Shown: positions 17,201-24,419 of the stretch, in pieces
How positions within the stretch are numbered: the first letter of the stretch is position 1
Layout: each line of letters begins with the position of its first letter
Source of the DNA: Lentisphaeria bacterium
GTDB taxonomy: Bacteria; Verrucomicrobiota; Lentisphaeria; JABSQK01; JAWLHB01
Length of the DNA stretch: 53,347 nt
Direction: 5' to 3'
Assembly (NCBI GenBank): GCA_041690595.1
Contig: JAWLHB010000054.1
Location: 1-53,347, forward strand
Program-made: the position numbers and the translations under genes
Notes under the pieces: model-generated
Told to the model about the DNA's origin: nothing
Database searches by the model: none
What the model saw: only the letters and a program-made list of their open reading frames with translations

Positions 17201-17548
17201 CGACTTTACGGCCTGCTGCTTCACCTGCGCGGACCCCTGGCCTATGCCCATTTCAGCACGGAGGCGGGCCGCCACCAGTTTGTGGCCTCCAGCGTACGAA
17301 CAAGCTGTCTGGTCGATATCTCCACCCTCGAGCCGGAAGCTTACCAGCCTCCCCCCCTCTTGACGCCGGAGCTGAAAATGGAGAGTCTCCCCCTTCGGCG
17401 TGTCTACGACGAAGCGCGTACCGACATCTTCGACAAACGGTTGGACAAGCATTACCTCTTGACGGGCAAACGCCTGGAGAAGCTCTTCGAAACGCTCTTG
17501 ACGGACAACCTGCGCCACACCTCGCAAACCCTCCTGGAGACTGCATGA
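14291..17548 (+). CDS. ClpA/ClpB-like double AAA+ ATPase 1 with C-terminal degenerate release-factor (PCRF-like) module
   Basis: D1 GESGGGKSS; D2 LFIGPTGVGKTE, FDMSEY, VVLLDEFEKAH, GRLTD, IMTSNLG, GARPLKR; C-terminal GPLAYAHFSTEAGRHQF; alternative start GTG 14282. Confidence 0.85.
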   Translation: MGHEIVRYAVAEQLDEELWLLTALELPPISCVGKDRERLERDLAALLKEQLERGGTGDLWFGNLGERPQTMEIVLELAAPDQQPAWRNGKRLPFQIVYWHHGRELTCIMVPAIELFAIVPADADLQASAAKHLLEAIRRLHLGKALDQLPWALVPPRVEIVEMSLNLKLTTPLQEKREQDEEKAVLVLPQVASDLTRERLPVHDEVTAMVQLLAESLSGEGAHSILLVGESGGGKSSLFYELVRRRRELRLGKWEFWESSGSRLVAGMTGYGMWQERCAKLVRETTGRELVVHLGNLLELMDAGKSVCNPQGIGSYLKPYLARGQLRVVVECTPEQLAVAEREDPYLVQLFEQLTVPRPQPVTVAAILRGVAARLRAAEEEPLSPEALAEIDRLHRRFAPYSAYPGRPVRFLRNLLADAPRRQQVTVIDVQRAFARETGLPLLFLDESQRLDLAETRRYITDRVIGQLPAVDEVVARLAMVKADLSRPRQPIASLLFIGPTGVGKTEMAKTIAAFLFGNPERLIRFDMSEYADWFAVDRLIGARSAEGLLTARVREQPFSVVLLDEFEKAHPRFFDLLLQIMGEGRLTDAAGRTADFCSSVIIMTSNLGATTYQRGTLGFPTGEDEGERAVSHFTGEVRRFLRPEIHNRIDSIVAFLPLDSAAIAQIARRELDLIRKRDGIWQRGVGLRVADEVTGQLALAGWDPRYGARPLKRTIERRLLAPLAQRLNLYADNAPLHVDVTQPAEKIEIAVSASNAEVSAAASVVGESIAERMLTLRRLTQRLEQHDVMIAIRNRIDELERLRQLARLRGESEPPRQASRLQQLQALDMRVGDLAGEVAALEDAVMLRAYRQQEPAEQDVKQLREAEAAVEEAVLRVYSAEAENADQVSLAILGQERHLVLQLARGYWGYARDRFRCEAYILRPLNEDERAAECRRPPETDLSTLPPEEPWLRPEPLTGPDPLAELPSRRLYGLLLHLRGPLAYAHFSTEAGRHQFVASSVRTSCLVDISTLEPEAYQPPPLLTPELKMESLPLRRVYDEARTDIFDKRLDKHYLLTGKRLEKLFETLLTDNLRHTSQTLLETA

Positions 17549-20500
17549 AGGCGCGACTCTCCGTTTATGTGGTGAAGGATACCGACGCATCGGCGCCGGT
17601 ATACCGCTTTCAACCGCTCTTCTTCAGCACGCCGATGGTCAGCCATGCGCGACTGCAGCGAGGTATGGAGCGCTTTACTCGTGAACTCCGCAAGCATCTC
17701 GAGCAGCTCGGGAAGACTCAGGATCAGCAGGTGCTGGCCGGATGGCTCTACGCCCCGCCAGTCGACTATCGGCTGCTCGATGTCACCCTGGATCTGCGCC
17801 GCAGCCTGGCCCGTTGCCGTTACCTCTTTGCCATCTGTGACACCCGTGCCGGACTGGTCGCCTTCACCCCCTCCTTGCCCCACCTCTGGTTCGACCTGCA
17901 GAGCATCGCCGAACTTCCCGAACGTGCCCGCGAGGTGCTGACGCATCACTTCCGCGAGCAGGAGCGACAGTACGGAGAGGATGCCGATGCACCCGCCGAC
18001 CATGCCTTGAACGGCACCGCCTGGCTCTCCACCGTCGAGTTCGACCTGGACCCAAAGCAGGGGCTCGATCCCGAGGAGACTTCGTTTCTCGATCTCATGG
18101 AAGGCGGGGGTGCCCCCGGAACGGGCGAGATGGACGGCGAAGAGGAGCTGGATAGAGTAGGGCGGTGCCTGGATGCCCTCTATCCGGACGACCTCGATCG
18201 CGTTATCGGCAACGAGTCGCTGCTGGAGGAGCTGGAGCGTCACCTGAGTGGTCGCGACAGGCGGCCTCTCCTGCTGGTGGGACCGCCCCAGGTCGGCAAG
18301 ACTGCGCTCGTCCACGAAATCGTCTGGCGCCGTAATGCGGCGCGACAGCGAAGCACCGGCAACCGACGGCAGGTGTGGCTGATGTCGCCCCAGCGGCTCA
18401 TCGCTGGAATGTCCTACGTGGGACAGTGGGAGAATCGCCTGCTGGCGGTCCTCGACGAGGTGAAGCGGTGCAAGCACGTCCTTTACGTGGACGACCTGCT
18501 TGGACTGTTCAAGGCCGGACTGGGCGCGCAGTCGAGCGTCAGTGTCGGCCACCTGTTGAAACCGACGCTCGAACGGCGTGAAGTGCGTTTGCTCGCGGAA
18601 ATCACGCTCGAGGGGTGGCGGCGCCTGCGGGAGATCGATCGCGGCTTCGCCGAGCTTTTTCATGTGATGCACGTGCGGGAGCCCGCGCAGGACGAGATGT
18701 GGCGGGTTCTGGTGGCGGTGCAGCGGCGCCTCGAGGCTCGCCATCGCTGCAAGTTCACCGTGGATGCGTTGCCGATGGTCGTTGAACTGCAGCAGCGCTA
18801 CCAGCGCAGCGTGGCCTTTCCCGGCAAGGCCGCATCCTTCCTCGGCCAGCTGGCCATACGCCTGCGCGACAAGACCATCGACCGCGGCGAGGTGCTCCGC
18901 GGTTTTCACGACAAGAGCGGCCTTCCCCTCTCCTTCCTCGACCGCCGCGAACGCTTGCGCCGCATCGATATCCTCAACCACATGAAGCAGCGGATCATCG
19001 CGCAGGATGCGGCCCTCGAGACCCTCGCCGACGTCGTCTCCATCGGCCGCGCCAGGCTGAACGATCCCGCCCGCCCGCTCGGCTCCCTCCTCTTTCTGGG
19101 GCCAACCGGAGTCGGCAAGACCGAATGCGCCAAGGCTCTTGCCGCCTATCTCTTCGGATCCGAGGAGCGACTCCTGCGCTTTGACATGAATGAGTTCTCC
19201 ACGCCCGCCTCCGTGACCAGGCTCACCGGTTCCTTCTACGAGCCGGAAGGGTTGCTGACCAGCGCCGTTCGACGGCAACCATTCGCCGTGGTCCTCCTCG
19301 ACGAGATCGAAAAGGCCCACCGGGACGTGCATGACCTCCTGCTGCAGGTGATGGGAGAGGGCAGACTCAGCGATGCCCTCGGACGAACCACCGATTTTGC
19401 CAGCACTATCCTGGTGATGACCAGTAACCTTGGCGTGCGTCAGGCAGCCTCGCCGCTGGGCTTTGAGACGCGGCAGCAGAGCCGCGACGCTGTCTACATC
19501 GAGGCCGTCGAGAGCTTCTTCCGTCCGGAATTTGTCAATCGCATCGACCATCTGGTTCCCTTCCAGCGCCTTGGGCGCGAGGCCATCGGACGCATTGCCG
19601 AGCTGCAGGTTCAGGAAGTCTTTGCCAGGGAAGGACTGGCGCGCCGCCTGTGCATGCTGCAGATCGCCCCGGCGGCGCGCGAGCAACTGGTCGAGGAAGG
19701 GTATCATCCCCTGCTGGGTGCCCGGGCCATGCGGCGCGCCATCGAGCGGCGGCTGACTCGACCGATCGCCGCCCGGCTGGCCCGGCTCGAAAGCTCCGAG
19801 CCGATGCTGGTTCAGGTCGAGGCCGCCGAAGGTGGCGACTTGAGCGTCGAGCTGCGGATTCTCTCTGCCCACGCTCGTGATCCACTGGCCGTGGCCGCCG
19901 CGGACATCATGCCGATGGAGGAGACCGAACAGCGCCTGGTGGAGACCCTTGACCTCCTCGAAGAGGATTTGCGGTCGTGGGAACCGGAGGGAGCGGTGAG
20001 CGACGCCGACCTCGCCAGCGTGGAGTATCGCTACTTCCTGGGACGTGACCTTCTGCAGCAGATGCGTTATCGTCTGTCGCGCCTGAGGGAACTGAGCGCT
20101 GCTCCCGTACGAGCCCCCGCGCAGACGGTCTACCAGACCAGGCAATGGTCGGAGACGCTGGGTGAGTGGTTGTCGATCGACGCTTGGCGAAGTCGCCTGA
20201 ACGAGAGCGGCATCGGCGGTGACCCTGCCCAACCGACGCCGCCCCTGCTCCTGCTCCTGATCGACCATGCTTATCTCGGGCTCCTGGCCGAAGGGGATGT
20301 CGCGGGAGGACATCTCACGGAGATGGTGCTGCGGCCGATCGACCCTCAGTTCATGACCATCGCCGGCCGGCTCGGCAACCTCTATCGCGAAACCTTTGCG
20401 GAGCAGTTTGGCGCCCAGGTCAGCCTCCAGGAAGAAGAGGGGCAGCTCCGTCTGACCATACGGGGGCCGGAGGTTGCGGAACTGGCGCGGCGGGAAGGCG

Positions 20501-20733
20501 GCCTTCACGTCTTTCGGCGGGCAGGAGAGTCGCTGGCCCCGGTACGGGTAATCGTCGATGGCGTCGAGGAGTCGGCGGTAGTTCGGTTGTACAGCGAAAT
20601 CGATGCGACCTTCGACCTGCGGCATGGCCTCTTCGTCGACGCGTTCCCCGTGCCATGGCAAATGCGGATTCTGCTGGCTGGGGCGCTTCCCTTCTCCCGC
20701 GCCTGGCATGAAGAAGCCCTGGAGGACGAGTAA
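17545..20733 (+). CDS. ClpA/ClpB-like double AAA+ ATPase 2 with C-terminal degenerate release-factor-like module
   Basis: D1 GPPQVGKTA; D2 GPTGVGKTE, VVLLDEIEKAH, FRPEFVNRID, GARAMRR; C-terminal LTIRGP..ARREGGLHVF..VRLY..FDLRHG; ATGA overlap with ATPase 1. Confidence 0.85.
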   Translation: MKARLSVYVVKDTDASAPVYRFQPLFFSTPMVSHARLQRGMERFTRELRKHLEQLGKTQDQQVLAGWLYAPPVDYRLLDVTLDLRRSLARCRYLFAICDTRAGLVAFTPSLPHLWFDLQSIAELPERAREVLTHHFREQERQYGEDADAPADHALNGTAWLSTVEFDLDPKQGLDPEETSFLDLMEGGGAPGTGEMDGEEELDRVGRCLDALYPDDLDRVIGNESLLEELERHLSGRDRRPLLLVGPPQVGKTALVHEIVWRRNAARQRSTGNRRQVWLMSPQRLIAGMSYVGQWENRLLAVLDEVKRCKHVLYVDDLLGLFKAGLGAQSSVSVGHLLKPTLERREVRLLAEITLEGWRRLREIDRGFAELFHVMHVREPAQDEMWRVLVAVQRRLEARHRCKFTVDALPMVVELQQRYQRSVAFPGKAASFLGQLAIRLRDKTIDRGEVLRGFHDKSGLPLSFLDRRERLRRIDILNHMKQRIIAQDAALETLADVVSIGRARLNDPARPLGSLLFLGPTGVGKTECAKALAAYLFGSEERLLRFDMNEFSTPASVTRLTGSFYEPEGLLTSAVRRQPFAVVLLDEIEKAHRDVHDLLLQVMGEGRLSDALGRTTDFASTILVMTSNLGVRQAASPLGFETRQQSRDAVYIEAVESFFRPEFVNRIDHLVPFQRLGREAIGRIAELQVQEVFAREGLARRLCMLQIAPAAREQLVEEGYHPLLGARAMRRAIERRLTRPIAARLARLESSEPMLVQVEAAEGGDLSVELRILSAHARDPLAVAAADIMPMEETEQRLVETLDLLEEDLRSWEPEGAVSDADLASVEYRYFLGRDLLQQMRYRLSRLRELSAAPVRAPAQTVYQTRQWSETLGEWLSIDAWRSRLNESGIGGDPAQPTPPLLLLLIDHAYLGLLAEGDVAGGHLTEMVLRPIDPQFMTIAGRLGNLYRETFAEQFGAQVSLQEEEGQLRLTIRGPEVAELARREGGLHVFRRAGESLAPVRVIVDGVEESAVVRLYSEIDATFDLRHGLFVDAFPVPWQMRILLAGALPFSRAWHEEALEDE

Positions 20734-20734
20734 G

Positions 20735-22996
20735 ATGGCCGCATATCGATTCCCGGTGCTGCTTTGGGAGGATCACACAGGCTGGTTCACGGCCGCCGTC
20801 GTCGAGTCCTATTATGACGTCTGGGCCGGCGCCGCCTCCGGCCGCGAAGCTCTCAACCTCATCAAGGAAGCGCTTCAGGATACCTTCAAGCGAGTGCCGT
20901 GGGAAGCGCCCCCGGATCTGGCTCACTGCCGCCTCCACCACGTTGTCGTACCGGTTCGCACCGAGTACGAAGCCGGCAATCGCTACTATCCCAGCACCAA
21001 CCCAACGGATCTGCGGGTCAGCGCGGTCACGGGCGAGGAGGCGGGTGGCTCACGGATCTGTTACCTGCCCATGTTTGACGTAAGCTTCGGCTACTATGTC
21101 GATACGGAACTGCCCGACCTGGTGCGCACCCAGGTGCAGGACCTCTTCCGTGGCAAGTCGCCGCGGGACATGATGGAGTACCTGCCGCCTCGGCAGGTCT
21201 GGCTGGAGGAGGTTGTCCTTCAGGTCAAGGCGCGCCCGCCGACAGGACGTGATCTGCAGCCTCCCCTCAGGCAGCTCTCCGCGATTGCCGAACCGCTCGG
21301 TGACAATCGGCTGCGGCAGCAGTTCTCCCGAGCCTGGGAACGGGACGCGGAGGTCGCCGAGCTCGTCCAGCGCCTCGGCCACGAAAGGGCCAACCTCATT
21401 CTTCTGGGCCCGTCGGGCATCGGCAAGACCTCTCTCCTGATCGACGCCGCAAGGCGCCTGGAACGCGGCGGCGAGGAAGAGGGCGCAATCCAGCGCTACT
21501 GGTTGACCAGCGGTCCGCGGATCATTGCGGGCATGCGGTATCTCGGCCAGTGGGAGGAGCGATTTGGTGCGGCAGTCCGTGAGTTGGCTTCCCTTGGCGG
21601 CGTCTTGTGCCTCGAACGGCTGGTTGACGTGGTGCGACTCGGGGGGGAGGAGGCCACCGACAGCGTCGCCGCCTTCATGAGCAGCTTCATGCAGTATGGT
21701 GAGCTGCGCGTGGTGGCCGAAGCGACACCGGCCGAACTCGACCTCTGCCGTCGCCTCATGCCCGGCTTCGTCGAGCAGTTCCAGATCCAGTCGATACCGG
21801 AGTTCACCTCCGCGCAGGCCATGGCGGTCCTGGAGCGTCTTGCCCAACAGGCGCGGCAGCAGTGGCGATTGCGCTGGGAGCGGGGGACCGCCGAGCTGAT
21901 CTACCGCCTTCACCGGCGCTTCCTGCCCTACCAATCCTTTCCCGGGCGGGTCACTGCCTTTCACCAGCGGCTGACCCGAGAGATTCGCCGCCAGCGACGG
22001 ACAACGGTGACCGCGCGCATGATCTTCGAGGCCTTTGCCAGGGAGACGGGGCTGCCCGACTGGATGCTGCGCGACGAGATGACCCTGAGGGCCCCGGAGG
22101 TCGAAGAGGCCCTTTCCCAGCGCCTCGTCGGTCAGCCCGAAGCGTGCCACGCCGTGGCCAATGCGGTCACCATCTTCAAGGCGGCGCTCAACGATCCGGA
22201 GCGACCGATTGCCGTCCTGCTCTTTCTTGGCCCCACCGGCGTCGGTAAGACGCAGTTGGCACGCACGCTGGCGGACTATCTCTTCGGGCATGGCAGCGAC
22301 CGGGATCGCATGGTCAGGCTGGACATGAGCGAGTATTCCGGCCTCGATGCCGCCGATCGCCTGGTCATGGCTCCCGATGGCACGCCCAGCATCTTCCTCC
22401 AGCGACTCCGGCGCCAACCCTTCAATGTCGTTCTCCTCGACGAAATCGAAAAGGCTTCCCCCGAAGTCTTCGATCTCCTCCTCAACGTGCTGGATGAAGG
22501 GCGGCTGACGGACCGCCAGGGGCGAGTCACCTGGTTCCGCGGATGCATCATCATCATGACCTCCAATCTCGGGGCGAGACATCGCGCCATCACCGGCTTC
22601 GGCGAGGCTGCCGCCCCCCTGGGTGAAGCGGAGTTAATGCGCTTCTTTCGCCCCGAATTCGTCAATCGTATCGATGAGGTCATTCATTTCCGTCCTTTGG
22701 GCCAGGAAGAGATCGTGCGGATCACTCAACTGGAACTGGCGGCGCTCGCGGAGCGAGAAGGGCTGACCCGCCGTCAGCTTCGCCTGACCTGGGATGAGGA
22801 GGTCGTCACCTTTCTTGCCCGTGCGGGCACGGATCCGGAGCTTGGCGCACGCCCCCTGCAACGGGCCATCGAACGCCATCTCAGCCAGACGCTCGCGGCA
22901 TTCATCGTCAGCCATCCGGCATTCCGCGAGGGCCGCCTGCACCTTCGGCTCGATCGAGAGGCCGGCATTGTCATGACGCCCCATCCTCAGCCCTGA
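20735..22996 (+). CDS. ClpA/ClpB-like double AAA+ ATPase 3 (no C-terminal extension)
   Basis: D1 GPSGIGKTS; D2 GPTGVGKTQ, LDMSEY, VVLLDEIEKAS, FRPEFVNRID, GARPLQR; ATG 1 nt after the ATPase 2 stop, with GGAGGA SD. Confidence 0.85.
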   Translation: MAAYRFPVLLWEDHTGWFTAAVVESYYDVWAGAASGREALNLIKEALQDTFKRVPWEAPPDLAHCRLHHVVVPVRTEYEAGNRYYPSTNPTDLRVSAVTGEEAGGSRICYLPMFDVSFGYYVDTELPDLVRTQVQDLFRGKSPRDMMEYLPPRQVWLEEVVLQVKARPPTGRDLQPPLRQLSAIAEPLGDNRLRQQFSRAWERDAEVAELVQRLGHERANLILLGPSGIGKTSLLIDAARRLERGGEEEGAIQRYWLTSGPRIIAGMRYLGQWEERFGAAVRELASLGGVLCLERLVDVVRLGGEEATDSVAAFMSSFMQYGELRVVAEATPAELDLCRRLMPGFVEQFQIQSIPEFTSAQAMAVLERLAQQARQQWRLRWERGTAELIYRLHRRFLPYQSFPGRVTAFHQRLTREIRRQRRTTVTARMIFEAFARETGLPDWMLRDEMTLRAPEVEEALSQRLVGQPEACHAVANAVTIFKAALNDPERPIAVLLFLGPTGVGKTQLARTLADYLFGHGSDRDRMVRLDMSEYSGLDAADRLVMAPDGTPSIFLQRLRRQPFNVVLLDEIEKASPEVFDLLLNVLDEGRLTDRQGRVTWFRGCIIIMTSNLGARHRAITGFGEAAAPLGEAELMRFFRPEFVNRIDEVIHFRPLGQEEIVRITQLELAALAEREGLTRRQLRLTWDEEVVTFLARAGTDPELGARPLQRAIERHLSQTLAAFIVSHPAFREGRLHLRLDREAGIVMTPHPQP

Positions 22997-23180
22997 CGGA
23001 GAGCTGTTACTTGTTTAACAGTGAAAAAACGTTAGGAAATCGTTTGGAAGTGGGTATTCACCGCCTACGTTTGTTGCCATAAGCAGAAAGATAGCTTGTA
23101 TGACAGGGGTTCAGGGGCATACTAATGCTGATTGGGGATAGTGGTGACACTGCAATGACAAGTGAAATGGGGTATTGGTG

Positions 23181-24266
23181 ATGGATTCAGCGAATGTGAC
23201 AGAGACGCGACCGGCACCCAAACGCCTGCCGGCGAAGCAACACCGTATACTCGAGAGTATTCGCGATGCGATTGTCTCGGGGCGCCTTGCACCGGGTGAT
23301 CAGCTGCCGACGCGCGTGCAGATGGAAGAGTACTTCAATGCCAGCAGTGTGACTGTACAACGGGCAATAAACCAACTGCTCACCGACGGCTTTCTCGTGG
23401 CCAGCGGGCGCAGCGGCACCTTTGTCACCAAGCATCCACCGAATCTCTTCGAGTACGCCGTGGTCGTGCGTGGCAGCACCCCCAACGACCTGCTGCAGAC
23501 GGTCCGCGACTGTGTTGTTGAGCAAGCATTTCAGATCAGTGACTGTCGAACCTTCAACCTGCAGGTGCTCAGCGGCATGCACGATACGGCTGCTGGGCCG
23601 GCGTTCGATCAGTTGGCCGCTTCCCTGGAGGGCAAACTCCTTGCTGGCATCATTCTGATCGGGCAGAGTCCCGCGCTGCTGGATAAAGGCGTCCTCAAAG
23701 ACGAGGATATCCCTTGCGCATGCGTGGACTTCCACAGCTGGCGGCGGGGAATCGGCACGGTCCTGCTGGATGGAACTTCGCTCATCACGCTGGGGCTCGG
23801 CGAGGTGAAGCGGCGTGGGCTGCGGCAGGTGGCCATGCTGTTGCCCAATGGCTTTCCTCTGCATCGCCCGGAATTGATGGAGTTGGTGACCGAGCGCGAC
23901 CTGCGCTGTGAGCCATGGACCATCCAAAGCCAGGCCCCATCCTCTCCCCATTGGGTCGAGGCACAGGTGCACCTCATGCTGGAACTGCCGGAGGCGAGGC
24001 GGCCGGATGCCCTGGTGATCGCTGACAGCCGGATGGTGGCGCCTGCCCTTGCCGCCATGGCGGAGCGGGGTATCAAACCAGGCAGAAACATGCTGGTGGT
24101 GGCCCGTTGCGATCTGCCACATTCCACGCTGCTCCCCATGGGCACGATTGGGGTGGGCTACGACGCCTGGGAGATCATCGATACCGCCGTGCGCACCATC
24201 AAGCAGATGAAACAGGGCGAGGTCCTGCGCCAATCCGAGAAAATAATTGCCAGGCTCGCCGAATGA
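23181..24266 (+). CDS. GntR-family transcriptional regulator with LacI-type ligand-binding domain
   Basis: I..G.LAPGDQLPT..M...FNASSVTVQRAI..L...G....GRSGTFV wHTH; RPDALVIAD, GIKPGRNM C-terminal domain. Confidence 0.8.
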   Translation: MDSANVTETRPAPKRLPAKQHRILESIRDAIVSGRLAPGDQLPTRVQMEEYFNASSVTVQRAINQLLTDGFLVASGRSGTFVTKHPPNLFEYAVVVRGSTPNDLLQTVRDCVVEQAFQISDCRTFNLQVLSGMHDTAAGPAFDQLAASLEGKLLAGIILIGQSPALLDKGVLKDEDIPCACVDFHSWRRGIGTVLLDGTSLITLGLGEVKRRGLRQVAMLLPNGFPLHRPELMELVTERDLRCEPWTIQSQAPSSPHWVEAQVHLMLELPEARRPDALVIADSRMVAPALAAMAERGIKPGRNMLVVARCDLPHSTLLPMGTIGVGYDAWEIIDTAVRTIKQMKQGEVLRQSEKIIARLAE

Positions 24267-24419
24267 ACCGCCGCCGAAACGGATACGAGTTGGCTCAAGC
24301 CTGAGCGTCAAGACTTGCATTCGGCATGGAAACAGGCACATTGTCTCTGTGTCCTTTGAAGCGGGGGCAGAGCTTTGCCTCTATTACCAATTTTGTACCC
24401 TCGAAGTCTGGTGTGTGTG

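Noticed and set aside
14273..22582. Long minus-strand ORFs (792, 1085, 510 aa) opposite the Clp genes
   Set aside because: Antisense shadows typical of GC-rich coding DNA, with no motifs
14291..22996. Assignment as canonical clpA/clpB/clpC or T6SS clpV
   Set aside because: No Clp-N repeats, no ClpB middle domain, altered pore loops and D1 Walker B, and no T6SS genes
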